Source: Burkholderiales bacterium (GTDB lineage Bacteria; Pseudomonadota; Gammaproteobacteria; Burkholderiales; SG8-39). Taken from it: DNA of 64,000 nt. Positions within the stretch are counted from its first letter, which is position 1; each line of letters starts with the position of its first letter. Below, in pieces: positions 30,521-40,048 of the stretch. The translations under genes were made by a program, and so were the position numbers. The notes under the pieces were generated by a model. The model saw only the letters and a program-made list of their open reading frames with translations, was not told the DNA's origin and did no database searches. The stretch is taken from positions 8,843 through 72,842 of the forward strand of contig DATIZK010000012.1 of the NCBI GenBank assembly GCA_035517095.1, given 5' to 3'.

Positions 30521-32074
30521 TTGAATTCCCCAAGCGACACCCAGACCCAGGTCCTGATCATCGGGGGCGGCGCCACGGGCACGGCCATCGCGCGTGACCT
30601 CGCCTTGCGCGGCGTCGACTGCATCGTGGTCGAGAAGGACGACATCAACTCCGGCGCCTCGGGGCACAACCATGGGCTGCTCCACAGCGGCGCTCGCTAT
30701 GTCGCGAGCGACCGCCAGACGGCGAGCGAATGTCGCGCCGAGGGCGCCATCCTCAAGTCCGTGGCGGCGCAGACGATAGAGGATACCGGCGGCTATTTCG
30801 TCGCGGTGCAAGGCGACGACGAGCGCTACGTCGCCGACTTCCCCTCGCTTTGCGCGCGCGCGGGAATCGCCGCGCGCGCCGTGGACCTCGCCGCGGCGCG
30901 CGCGCTGGAACCGGCGCTGTCGCAACGCACGATCGCGGTGTTCGAGGTGCCGGACGCCTCGATCGACCCGTTCCGGCTCTCCCTCGAAAGCATGGCTCAT
31001 GCGCGCAGCCTGGGCGCGCGCCTGATGCGGCGCAGCCGCGTCCTGGGCTTCGAGCGCGACGGGCGTCGCATCCGCGCGGCGCGGATTCAGCGCGGCGGCG
31101 AGGAACTGCGCGTCGAGGCCGAGCAGATCGTCAACGCGGCGGGAGCCTGGGCGCGCGAGCTGGCGCTGCTCGCCGCAGCGCCGATCGAGATGACGTACTT
31201 CAAGGGAACGCTGCTGGTCACGCACACGCGCCTGGCCAGCCGCGTGGTGAACCGCCTGCGGCCGCCGGCCGACGCCGATATCCTGATGCCGGGCGGAACG
31301 GTCTCGCTCGTCGGCACGACTTCGACGCCGGTGGACGCCCTGGACGACATCTATCCGACCACGGCCGAGGCCGACCTGATCGTGGCCGAGGCCGCGCGCA
31401 TGCTGCCGGCGCTGGAGAGCATGCGCTATATCCGCGCTTTCGCCGGGGTGCGGCCGCTCGTCGGCGCGGCAGGCGGCGGCGGGCGCGCCATTTCGCGCGG
31501 CCACGCGCTGTTCGACCACGAGGATCAGGGTCTGGACAACCTGGCGACGATCACCGGGGGCAAGCTCACCACCTGCAGGCTGATGGCCGAACGCGCCGCG
31601 GACCTCGTGTGCCGGCGCCTCGGCGTGACGCGCCCCTGTCTGAGCGCCACGACGCCCCTGCCCGCGGCGCCGGAATGCGGGTGGACCGAGCCGGGACGCT
31701 CCGCGCGCGCCTCGATGCGTTCCCACGCGCGGGACGACACGCTGCTGTGCGAGTGCGAGCTGGTTCCGGGGCGCGCCGTCGACGCGATCTACGACGCGCT
31801 GCGCGCGCAGGGCGATGCACCGACGCTTACCGACATCGGCTTGCGCAGCCGCGTCGGCAAGGGTGCCTGCCAGGGGGCGTTCTGCGCCCCGCGCACCGTG
31901 GCCCACCTCTACAACCGCGGCGACTTTCAGGTGCGGCGCGGCCTGGCCGAGATTGTCGACTTCTTCGGCGAGCGCTGGCGCGGCGAGCGTGCGGTCCTGT
32001 GGGGCGAGCAGCTGGCCCAGGCCGAGCTGATGGAGGCGCTGCATTGCGGGCTTTTCGGAGAAGAACTGCATTGA
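30521..32074 (+). CDS. glpA: Anaerobic glycerol-3-phosphate dehydrogenase subunit A
   Basis: Track ORF, 517 aa (TTG start): VLIIGGGATGTAIARDLALRGVDCIVVEKDDINSGASGHNHGLLHSGARY (FAD fold). C-terminal BFD-like 2Fe-2S motif: LLCECELV...GKGACQGAFC. Confidence 0.93.
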   Translation: MNSPSDTQTQVLIIGGGATGTAIARDLALRGVDCIVVEKDDINSGASGHNHGLLHSGARYVASDRQTASECRAEGAILKSVAAQTIEDTGGYFVAVQGDDERYVADFPSLCARAGIAARAVDLAAARALEPALSQRTIAVFEVPDASIDPFRLSLESMAHARSLGARLMRRSRVLGFERDGRRIRAARIQRGGEELRVEAEQIVNAAGAWARELALLAAAPIEMTYFKGTLLVTHTRLASRVVNRLRPPADADILMPGGTVSLVGTTSTPVDALDDIYPTTAEADLIVAEAARMLPALESMRYIRAFAGVRPLVGAAGGGGRAISRGHALFDHEDQGLDNLATITGGKLTTCRLMAERAADLVCRRLGVTRPCLSATTPLPAAPECGWTEPGRSARASMRSHARDDTLLCECELVPGRAVDAIYDALRAQGDAPTLTDIGLRSRVGKGACQGAFCAPRTVAHLYNRGDFQVRRGLAEIVDFFGERWRGERAVLWGEQLAQAELMEALHCGLFGEELH

Positions 32075-33384
32075 GCCGCGCGCGGCACGACAGCTGCGAC
32101 GTCGCCGTGATCGGCGCCGGGATGGCGGGCATGGCGGCGGCGCTGTTCGCGGCGGAGCGGGGGCTGAGCTGCATCCAGGTCGGCAACAGCGGCGGCCTGC
32201 TGTTCGCGAGCGGCTTGCTGGACCTGCTCGGCGTGCAGCCGGTGGCCGAGGGACGGCTGTGGCAAAGCCCGTTCGAAGCCCTCGCGGCGCTGGCGCGCGA
32301 AGAGCCGCTGCATCCCCTGGCACGGGTCGACGCCGGGTCGATCCGCAGCGCGTTCGATCGCTTCGTCGCGGCCCTGGGCGGCGCGGGGCTGCACTATGCG
32401 CCGCTGGGCGAGCGCAACCGCAAGCTGCTCACCTCGATCGGGACGCTCAAGACCACCTATGGCGTGCCCAGGTCGATGATCGCGGGCGCCGACCTGCTGC
32501 ACGCGCGGCCGCCGTGCCTGCTGGTCGACTTCCGCGGGCTGCGCGAATTCAGCGCGGCTCAGATCGTCGCGACGCTGGGCGAACGCTGGCCGGGCCTGCG
32601 CCACCGGCAGATCGAGTTCCCGGACGGCGAATCCCTGCCCGAGCTCTACGGCGCCCACCTTGCACGCGCCCTGGAAAGCCCGCAGACGCGCGCGCGCGCG
32701 ATCGCCCTGGTGAAGCCCTTGCTGGGCGATGCGCACGCGGTCGGATTCCCGGCGGTGCTCGGCCTCGCGCGATGCGGCGACGTTCACGCGGCGTTCGAGG
32801 CGGGGCTGGGCGTGCCCGTGTTCGAGATCCCGACCATGCCGACCTCGGTGCCCGGGCTGCGGCTGTCGCAGGCGCTCGAGGCGCTGGTGGCGGCGCGCGG
32901 AGTCCGCCGCCATCATCAGGCCGGCGCGCGCGCGCTGGCGTTCGACCCGGACGGGGCCACGGCAACGCTGGAGCTCGAAGGCATTTCGGCCGGCGGGGGC
33001 GGTGAGCGCGTGCGCGCGCGCGCGGTCGTGCTCGCGACGGGGCGGTTCAGCGGCCGCGGGCTAAGCGCGGATCGCGCCGGCGTGCGCGAGAGCCTGCTCG
33101 GCTTGCCGGTGCAGCAGCCGGCTTCGCGCGCCGCGTGGCACCAGCGCGACTTCCTCGATCCCTCGGGCCATGCGATCAACCGCGCAGGCTTGCGCGTGGA
33201 CGACGCGTGGCGCCCGCTGGATGCGGGCGGAACGCCGGCCTGGCCGCGGCTGCATGCCGTCGGCTCGATCCTCGCGCATCAGGACTGGATGCGCTCGAAG
33301 TGCGGCGCGGGGCTCGCCATCGCCACCGCCTGGGCGGCCATCGACCAGGTCGCGCGCGAGCTCGGCGGGACTGCGGCGGGCTAG
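32071..33384 (+). CDS. glpB: Anaerobic glycerol-3-phosphate dehydrogenase subunit B
   Basis: In frame within track ORF 30730..33384 from TTG 32071 (TTGA overlap with the glpA stop): LSRARHDSCDVAVIGAGMAGMAAALFAAERGLSCIQVGNSGG...FEIPTMPTSVPGLRL...AVGSILA. The exact start is uncertain. Confidence 0.85.
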   Translation: MSRARHDSCDVAVIGAGMAGMAAALFAAERGLSCIQVGNSGGLLFASGLLDLLGVQPVAEGRLWQSPFEALAALAREEPLHPLARVDAGSIRSAFDRFVAALGGAGLHYAPLGERNRKLLTSIGTLKTTYGVPRSMIAGADLLHARPPCLLVDFRGLREFSAAQIVATLGERWPGLRHRQIEFPDGESLPELYGAHLARALESPQTRARAIALVKPLLGDAHAVGFPAVLGLARCGDVHAAFEAGLGVPVFEIPTMPTSVPGLRLSQALEALVAARGVRRHHQAGARALAFDPDGATATLELEGISAGGGGERVRARAVVLATGRFSGRGLSADRAGVRESLLGLPVQQPASRAAWHQRDFLDPSGHAINRAGLRVDDAWRPLDAGGTPAWPRLHAVGSILAHQDWMRSKCGAGLAIATAWAAIDQVARELGGTAAG

Positions 33385-33391
33385 GCCAGAC

Positions 33392-35080
33392 ATGTCGCCG
33401 GCGATCCTGCTCAGTGCCCTCTATGCGTCCCTGGTCCTGTGCGCGCTGGGCCTCGCCTGGCGCGCCTCGGCCTGGTTTCGCCTCCGGATCGGTCCCGATG
33501 CGCGCGACGTCGCCTGGTGGCAGCGCGTCGCCGCAGCGTTCCGCGGCGCAGCCTCGGCGCTCTTCGGCAGCAGGATGCCCCATCTCCTCGCCGCCTTGCT
33601 GCTCGACGTGCTGCTCCTGCGCCGGCTGTTCGCGCGCGAGAAGCTGCGCTGGACGGGGCACCTGCTCGTCGTGGTCGGCTTCACGCTGCTGCTGTTGATG
33701 CACGCGCTCGCGCCGCTGGTGAGCGCAAAGCTGTTGCCGGGCTACCAGGCGACGCTGGACCCCTATCTCTTCCTGCGCGATCTCTTCGGGGTGATGATTC
33801 TGGCCGGCGTGGCGCTGCTCTTGTCCGGACGGCGGGCGGAATTTCCGCCGCGGCGCCGTCTCATCGACTGGGCCTTCGTGGCGCTCCTGGCGGCGGTCGT
33901 CGTCACCGGATTCCTGTTCGCCGGCTACAAGATCGCGTCGCCCCGGGCCTTCTACCGCATGACGCAGCAGTTCACCGGCTCGACCGATCCGGTGAAGCTC
34001 GAGCCGCTGCGCGCGCTCTGGGCGAGCGAGTTCGGCGTGGCGTTCGGCGACCTGAAGCGGCCGATCGACCCGGACTTGATGGAGCGGGGGCGCAAAATGC
34101 AGCGCGATGCCTGCGCCTCCTGCCATTCGAAGCCTGCGTCCGCCTTCGTCTCCTACCCGGTCGCGCGCGCGCTGGCACCGGTGGAGCGCAACCTGGATGC
34201 GGGACGCGCGGATCTCTGGCTGCTGACTCTGCATGTGTTCGCCTGTTTGCTCGGCTTGGCGAGCCTGCCGTTGACGCGCTTTTTCCACGTCGTGGCGGCC
34301 CCCGCCAGCTTGCTGGTCGCCGCCGCGGCGCGGGATCGGGCGCCCTCGAGCGCCGGTCGCGCTGCGCAGCGCGCGCTGGCGCTGGACGCCTGCGTGCACT
34401 GCGGCATCTGCGATGCGCATTGCTCGGTGGCGCCGGTGGCGCGCCACCTGAACAACGCCTATCTCCTGCCCTCGCACAAACTCGACGCCACCGGCGCGCT
34501 CGCCCGCGGCCGGCTGCCGCGCGACGAGTCCGACCCGGTCGCCGAGGGCGCTTTCCTGTGCACCGACTGCGGGCGCTGCACCAGCAGCTGCCCGGTCGGG
34601 CTGGACCTGGCGGATCTGTGGCAGGCGGGGCGTGGCGACCTGGCCGCTGCCGGCTTTCCGGGGCCGGCGCAGTGGGTGCAGGCGCGCAGCGCGCTCGCGT
34701 GGGCCGAGTCCCTCGAAGCGGGCTCCGCGCCGCACCTGCCCGCCGATGCCGACGCCGCTTTCGCGCCGCTGTCGGCCGAGCGCGGCTCGTTCTCACGCTG
34801 CGTGCAGTGCCAGACCTGCACCAACGTCTGCCCGGTGGTGGCGCACAGCATCGACGCCGAGCACGGCGTCGACCTGACGCCGCAGAAGGTGATGAACCTG
34901 CTGCGCCTGGGCCTGCGCGATCTCACGCTGGGTTCGCGCATGGTGTGGGACTGCGCCGGCTGCTACCAGTGCCAGGAGAATTGCCCGCAAGGGATACGCG
35001 TGGCCGACATCATGCTGGAGCTGCGCGCGCTTTCGGTGCATCGGCTGGGCGCCGTGCGCGAGCACGGGAGGTCTTCATGA
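33392..35080 (+). CDS. Membrane Fe-S protein: NarI/DsrM-like polytopic N-domain fused to two 2x[4Fe-4S] ferredoxin-type domains (562 aa); occupies the glpC position
   Basis: Track ORF 33170..35080, trimmed to ATG 33392. It has 5-6 hydrophobic helices with His pairs (GH-x13-H and LH-x17-H). These are followed by CVHCGICDAHC, CTDCGRCTSSCP, CVQCQTCTNVCP and CAGCYQCQENCP. Confidence 0.8.
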   Translation: MSPAILLSALYASLVLCALGLAWRASAWFRLRIGPDARDVAWWQRVAAAFRGAASALFGSRMPHLLAALLLDVLLLRRLFAREKLRWTGHLLVVVGFTLLLLMHALAPLVSAKLLPGYQATLDPYLFLRDLFGVMILAGVALLLSGRRAEFPPRRRLIDWAFVALLAAVVVTGFLFAGYKIASPRAFYRMTQQFTGSTDPVKLEPLRALWASEFGVAFGDLKRPIDPDLMERGRKMQRDACASCHSKPASAFVSYPVARALAPVERNLDAGRADLWLLTLHVFACLLGLASLPLTRFFHVVAAPASLLVAAAARDRAPSSAGRAAQRALALDACVHCGICDAHCSVAPVARHLNNAYLLPSHKLDATGALARGRLPRDESDPVAEGAFLCTDCGRCTSSCPVGLDLADLWQAGRGDLAAAGFPGPAQWVQARSALAWAESLEAGSAPHLPADADAAFAPLSAERGSFSRCVQCQTCTNVCPVVAHSIDAEHGVDLTPQKVMNLLRLGLRDLTLGSRMVWDCAGCYQCQENCPQGIRVADIMLELRALSVHRLGAVREHGRSS

Positions 35081-35883
35081 AGTACGCGCTGTTCGCCGGC
35101 TGCAGGGCTTCGGGACAGCTGACGGCGTACGAACTGTCGGCGCGCGCCGTGCTCGGCCATCTCGGCGTGACCCTGGTCGATCTCGAGTTCGACTGCTGCG
35201 GCTATCCCGCCCGCGATGTCAGCCGCGACGCCTTCGTCGTCGCCGCGGCCCGCAATCTGGCCCTGGCCGAGCGCGCCGGACTCGACTTGCTGGCGCTCTC
35301 CAGCTGCTGCTTCGGCACGCTGCGCCACGCGATCCGGTTTCTCGGCGAGGACGCGGCGCTGCGCGCGCGCGTCGCGCAGGAGCTCGCCGCGCAGGGCCTC
35401 GCCTGGTCGGGGAAGAGCGCGGTCGAGCACCTGCTGCAGGTGCTGGCGCGAGACGTCGGCTTCGACGCGATCGCCGCGGCGGTACGCGCGCCGAGCGCGG
35501 GCCTGCGGGTCGCCGCCCAGTACGGCTGCCACGCACTGCGCCCGGGCGACGTGACCGGATTGGACAACCCGATGGCGCCGACGGTGTTCGAGACCTTGCT
35601 CGGCTTGACCGGAGCGACTCCGGTCGACTGGCCGCGTCGCCTCGATTGCTGCGGCGACCCGCTGCACCAGGCGGACGCGGCGCTGTCGCAGCGCATGGCG
35701 CGGGCCAAGATCGCCGATGCGCTCGACTCGGGCGCCGAGGCGATCTGCTCGGCCTGCGCTCACTGCCACTTGCGCTTCGACGCGGTCCAGAAGGACAGCG
35801 GCGATCCGCCGATTCGCACGCTGCTCTACACCCAGCTTCTCGGCCTGGCGATGGGGCTGCCCGCGAAATCTCTCGGCCTGTAG
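35077..35883 (+). CDS. HdrB/GlpC-C-terminal-like CCG-domain (Cys-rich) protein, 268 aa
   Basis: In frame within track ORF 33439..35883 from ATG 35077 (ATGA overlap): MKYALFAGCRASG...DCCGYPARD...YGCHALRP...DCCGDPLH...CSACAHCHLRF. This gives two CCG motifs. Confidence 0.8.
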   Translation: MKYALFAGCRASGQLTAYELSARAVLGHLGVTLVDLEFDCCGYPARDVSRDAFVVAAARNLALAERAGLDLLALSSCCFGTLRHAIRFLGEDAALRARVAQELAAQGLAWSGKSAVEHLLQVLARDVGFDAIAAAVRAPSAGLRVAAQYGCHALRPGDVTGLDNPMAPTVFETLLGLTGATPVDWPRRLDCCGDPLHQADAALSQRMARAKIADALDSGAEAICSACAHCHLRFDAVQKDSGDPPIRTLLYTQLLGLAMGLPAKSLGL

Positions 35884-35886
35884 GCC

Positions 35887-36630
35887 TCAGGCCGCGAAAT
35901 CCGGCCCGATGCGCTTGAGCGCGTCGGTCACCAGGCAGTCGACGCCCCAGCGCAGCAGCTTGCGCGCCGAGCGCCGGTCGTTCACCGTCCAGCACAGCAG
36001 CGCGTAGCCCGCGACGTGCACCGCCTCGGCCAGGCGCAGGTTGAGCGTGCGGTAGCTGCAGTGCAGCGACACGCACTCGAGATCGTGCAGCGTCTCGCGC
36101 CACTGCGGCGGCACGCGCGCCACCAGCAGCCCGCGCGGCATCTCGGGCGCGACGCTGCGCGCCGCCGCGAGCGCCACCGGCGAGAACGAAGACAGCAGCG
36201 GCGCCTGCGCCGCCCCGCGCCAGAGCTCGCGCGCGAGCAGCGCCACCGCCTCGCCGGTGCGGCGCTCGTAGCCGGTCGCGGGCTTGATCTCGACGTTCGC
36301 CCAAAGGCCGAGCTCGCGGCAAAGCCGTGCCGCCTGCTCGAAGGTCGGGATGCGCTCGCCGCGCCACTTCGGTCCGTGCCAGTGGCCGACATCCAGCTCG
36401 GCGATCTCGCGGTAGGGCGTGCTCGCGACCTGCCCGACGCTGCCGGCGGTGCGGGTCAGCGTCTGGTCGTGCATCAGCACCGGCGTGCCGTCGCCGGCCA
36501 GCATGACGTCGAACTCGACGCCTTTGAAGCCGAGCGAGGCGCCGAAGCGGATCGCGCCGAGCGTGTTCTCGGGCGCCAGCTTGCCTGCGCCGCGGTGCGC
36601 CAGGATGCGCGGATAGGGCCAGTGATTCAT
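35887..36630 (-). CDS. ugpQ: Glycerophosphodiester phosphodiesterase
   Basis: Track ORF, 247 aa: MNHWPYPRILAHRGAGKLAPENTLGAIRFGASLGFKGVEFDVMLAGDGTPVLMHD. Near-identical motif order to the E. coli UgpQ N-terminus. Confidence 0.92.
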   Translation of the reverse strand: MNHWPYPRILAHRGAGKLAPENTLGAIRFGASLGFKGVEFDVMLAGDGTPVLMHDQTLTRTAGSVGQVASTPYREIAELDVGHWHGPKWRGERIPTFEQAARLCRELGLWANVEIKPATGYERRTGEAVALLARELWRGAAQAPLLSSFSPVALAAARSVAPEMPRGLLVARVPPQWRETLHDLECVSLHCSYRTLNLRLAEAVHVAGYALLCWTVNDRRSARKLLRWGVDCLVTDALKRIGPDFAA

Positions 36631-36634
36631 GCCC

Positions 36635-37261
36635 TCAGGCGAGCTTCATGACTACCATGCCGAACACGTTGGCCGCCGAGTCGGCACGGTCGGACATGTT
36701 GGAGATGTGGCGGTAGACTTCACGCCGGTAGAATAGCGCGGGAAGCTTGGCCGGGTCCGTCGCCCCGGCAAAGAGCTCCTTGATCGCGGCGCGGTACTCG
36801 CGCTCCACCTTGTGCTCCTTCGCTCGGACTTCGCTCGCGTGATCGCCCGCTACGCGCGGATTTTGCGCCAGGCGCATGATCGCCGCCTGCAGCTCCTCGG
36901 CCTCCTCGCGCACCAGGCGCACCATGTAGCGGATGTGGCCGTCGGCGTCGACTTTGAGGATGGCCATTTCCTCGAGCGTCGTCAGCGCGTAGGTGACCAT
37001 GTCCTCGTAGCAGTGCGACAGGTTGAATATGTCCTCGCGGTCGAGCGGCGTGATGAACGTCTTGTGCAGCTCGTCGATCAGCACGCGGCGCAGCTCGCTC
37101 GCCTCCTCCGCGAGCCGGCGCAGCGCCGCCACCGCGCGCTCGTCGACCGCCTCGATGCTCGCCTCGAGGAAGCGCACGCCCTCGATCGTCTTGTCGGCCT
37201 GCGCGATCAGCATCGAGACGAACTTGTCCTTCTCGCTCAGGCCGCCGCGCAGCCAGCTCAT
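36635..37261 (-). CDS. DUF47-family (PhoU-like) Pit accessory protein, 208 aa
   Basis: Frame of track ORF 36635..38005 from ATG 37261 (ATGA overlap with the PiT stop): MSWLRGGLSEKDKFVSMLIAQADKTIEGVRFLE...TPLDREDIFNLSHCYEDMV. Confidence 0.85.
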   Translation of the reverse strand: MSWLRGGLSEKDKFVSMLIAQADKTIEGVRFLEASIEAVDERAVAALRRLAEEASELRRVLIDELHKTFITPLDREDIFNLSHCYEDMVTYALTTLEEMAILKVDADGHIRYMVRLVREEAEELQAAIMRLAQNPRVAGDHASEVRAKEHKVEREYRAAIKELFAGATDPAKLPALFYRREVYRHISNMSDRADSAANVFGMVVMKLA

Positions 37262-38289
37262 CGGTGCACCCCCAGGGCGCCGCCGCGCACGAGCAGCGCG
37301 TCGAGCACCCAGTAAAACGGCGCGGCGAGCAGCGCCGCGACCGGCAGCGTGACGAGCCAGGCGAGCGCGATCTCGCCGAGCACCCCCCAGCGCACCTTCG
37401 ACTTGCGCTCCGCGGCGCCCGCGCCGACGATCGAGGCGCTCACCACCTGGCTGGTGCTCACCGGCCCGCCGGCGATCGAGGCGCCAAGGATGACCGACGC
37501 CGAGGCGACCTGCGCGGTGAAGCCGTGGATCGGTCGCACGCGGTAGAACCCCACCCCGAGCGTGCGGATGATGCGCCAGCCGCCGAACGCGGTGCCGAGC
37601 CCGATCGCCGACGCGCACAGCGCGACTACCCACCAGGGCACGTAGAAATGGCTGGTAAAGCCCAGCATCAGGAGCCCGAGCGAGATCACCCCCATGGTCT
37701 TCTGGGCGTCGTTGCCGCCGTGGCTGAGCGCGAGCACCGCGCCGGTAAGAATCTGAAGGCGCGAAAGCGCGATCGAGGCGCGCGGCGTGGCGTTGCGCAG
37801 GACATAGCGCGTCGCCTGCATCACGGCGAGCGCGGCGGCGAAGCCGAGCAGCGGCGAGACGAGCAGCGCGAACACCACTTTCTCCAGGCCGTGCAGCTGA
37901 ATCGCCGAGAGACCGGCCGCGGCGGCGGCGGCGCCGACGATCCCGCCGAGCAGGGCGTGCGTGGAGCTCACCGGGACGCCGAGGTACCAGGCGCTCAGGT
38001 CCCACAGGCTCGCCGCGGCCAGCGCGGCGAGTACGGCCGCAAAGTTGATCGCCTCGGGCCGCGCCACCTCGGCGCCGACCGTCTCGGCCACCGCGATGCC
38101 GAGCAGGAACGGGCCGGCGAAATTCGCCACCGCGGCGAGCGTAAGCGCGCCGCGCACGCTCATAGCCTGCGACGCGATCAGCGTGGCGACGACGGTCGCG
38201 CTGTCATTGAAGCCGTTCAGGAAATCGAACGACAGCGCGAGCGCCAGCAGCGTGGCGAGCAGCAGGAACGATTCGGGCCCGTGCGCCAT
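37258..38289 (-). CDS. pit: Inorganic phosphate transporter, PiT family
   Basis: Track ORF, 343 aa: ...LALALSFDFLNGFNDSATVVATLIAS...LSHGGNDAQKTMGVI. Both PiT GANDxxN-type signature repeats are present. Confidence 0.92.
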   Translation of the reverse strand: MAHGPESFLLLATLLALALSFDFLNGFNDSATVVATLIASQAMSVRGALTLAAVANFAGPFLLGIAVAETVGAEVARPEAINFAAVLAALAAASLWDLSAWYLGVPVSSTHALLGGIVGAAAAAAGLSAIQLHGLEKVVFALLVSPLLGFAAALAVMQATRYVLRNATPRASIALSRLQILTGAVLALSHGGNDAQKTMGVISLGLLMLGFTSHFYVPWWVVALCASAIGLGTAFGGWRIIRTLGVGFYRVRPIHGFTAQVASASVILGASIAGGPVSTSQVVSASIVGAGAAERKSKVRWGVLGEIALAWLVTLPVAALLAAPFYWVLDALLVRGGALGVHR

Positions 38290-38302
38290 GTGTAGCGGCC
38301 GC

Positions 38303-39130
38303 TTATTTCGCGGTTTGCATCGCGATTCCCTCCGCGAAGCTCTTGCGGAACGCGATCAGCACCACGAGCGGCGGGAGCATCGACATGATGGTGCCGGCCA
38401 TGATCACGTTCCACGCGGGCGAGATCTGGTCGGTGGCGATCAGCATCTTGAGGCCGATCTGCACCACCCGCATGTCCTCGGTATTGGTCACGATGAGGGG
38501 CCACAGGTACTGGCTCCACATGAAGATGAACTCGATCACGAACAGCGCGGCGATGTTGGTGCGCGAGACGGGAACCAGAACGTCCCAGAAGTAGCGCAGG
38601 GGGCCCGCCCCGTCCATGCGCGCCGCGTCCGGCAGGTCGCGCGGCACGGTGAGGAAGAACTGCCGGAACAGCAGGATCCCGGTCGTGCTGGCGAAGAACG
38701 GGAACATCAGCGCCGAGTAGGTGTTTATCCAGTGGAAGTCGGCCATCATCTCGTAGGTCGGCAGGATCCGCACCGGCAGCGGCAGCATCTGCGTCACCAT
38801 GGTCATCGGGAACAGCAGCGCGCGGCCGCGGAACCTGAAGTGCGTGTAGGCGAACGCGGCCAGAAGCGAGAGCACGATCTTCACCACCGCCGCGCCGACC
38901 GAGATGACGGAAGTGACGAAGAACAGGCGTCCCATGTCGACGCGGTTCCAGGCCTCGAGCACGTTGTGCCACAGCTCGCCGCCGGGATAGAGGCGCGGCG
39001 GATAGACGTAGGCCTGCTGGAACGTCAGGGTGCTCACGATCAGCGCGTAGAACACCGGAAAGGCGATGATCACTACCAGCGCGATCAGCGCGGCGTGGCT
39101 CGCGCCCGCCTTCCATTGCCTGGGCGTCAT
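38303..39130 (-). CDS. ABC sugar-phosphate permease, UgpE paralogue (set 2)
   Basis: Track ORF, 275 aa: ...LFRQFFLTVPRDLPDAARMDGAGPLRYFWDVLVPVSRTNIAALFVIEFIFMWSQYLWPL. MalG/UgpE EAA loop. Clearly paralogous to the gene at 42615-43463. Confidence 0.88.
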   Translation of the reverse strand: MTPRQWKAGASHAALIALVVIIAFPVFYALIVSTLTFQQAYVYPPRLYPGGELWHNVLEAWNRVDMGRLFFVTSVISVGAAVVKIVLSLLAAFAYTHFRFRGRALLFPMTMVTQMLPLPVRILPTYEMMADFHWINTYSALMFPFFASTTGILLFRQFFLTVPRDLPDAARMDGAGPLRYFWDVLVPVSRTNIAALFVIEFIFMWSQYLWPLIVTNTEDMRVVQIGLKMLIATDQISPAWNVIMAGTIMSMLPPLVVLIAFRKSFAEGIAMQTAK

Positions 39131-39142
39131 GCGCTGCGCTCC

Positions 39143-40048
39143 CTAGCGGGCATAGATCGCCTTGCGCGTGGCGAAGCGCAGCTGGATCATCGCCGCCACG
39201 GAGATGACGACGAACACGATGCAGGACTCGGCCGAGGCCGCGCCCGTGTTCAGGTAGAGAAAGGCGTCGCGGTACAGCTTGTAGATGAGGATGTTGGTCG
39301 CGTCCCCGGGCCCGCCGTGGGTCATGATGTCGATCAGGCCGAAGACCTGGAAAAAGGCGTAGATCATGTTGACGAACAGCAGGAAGGTCGTCGTCGGCGA
39401 GAGCATCGGGAAGGTGATATCCCAGAACGTGCGCCACGGACCCGCGCCGTCAACCCGCGCGGCGTCGACGAACTCCTCGGGGATGTTCTGCAGCCCGGCG
39501 AGGAAGAACACGATGTTGTAGCCGAGCATCTTCCAGGTGGCGGCGGCGGACACCACAAGCAGCGCGAGCTGGCCGTTGGTCATCCAGTTCATGAGGTAGC
39601 CGCCCGAGAGCTTGGCGACGACGTACGGCACGATGCCGGTCGCGGGCGCGAACATGAGCGCCCAGATCGCACCTGCCACCGCGGGCGAGAGCGCGTAGGT
39701 CCAGATCAGCGCGATCTGGTAGAAACCCTGCGCCCTGAGCTTCTGGTTCAGCAGATGCGCGACCGCGAGCGAGACGCTCAGCCCCACCAGCATCACGAAG
39801 GCGGCGAACAGCAGCGTGGCGAGCGCGCTGGCGCGAAAGTCGGCCGACTCGAACAGCCGGGTGTAGTTTCGCAACCCGACGTAGACGGTCTTGGTGCCGA
39901 AAGCGGTGGAGGCGAAGAAGGATTCCCGCACGCTCTGCAGGAACGGGAAAACCAGGAATACGACGATCACCGCCACCGAGGGCAGTATCAGCAGGTAGGG
40001 CAGCAGAGGATGGCCCGGGAACCTCTCCTCCTCGACGACGTTCTCCAT
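39143..40048 (-). CDS. ABC sugar-phosphate permease, UgpA paralogue (set 2)
   Basis: Track ORF, 301 aa: ...NIVFFLAGLQNIPEEFVDAARVDGAGPWRTFWDITFPMLSPTT. Paralogous to the gene at 43463-44353. Confidence 0.88.
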   Translation of the reverse strand: MENVVEEERFPGHPLLPYLLILPSVAVIVVFLVFPFLQSVRESFFASTAFGTKTVYVGLRNYTRLFESADFRASALATLLFAAFVMLVGLSVSLAVAHLLNQKLRAQGFYQIALIWTYALSPAVAGAIWALMFAPATGIVPYVVAKLSGGYLMNWMTNGQLALLVVSAAATWKMLGYNIVFFLAGLQNIPEEFVDAARVDGAGPWRTFWDITFPMLSPTTTFLLFVNMIYAFFQVFGLIDIMTHGGPGDATNILIYKLYRDAFLYLNTGAASAESCIVFVVISVAAMIQLRFATRKAIYAR

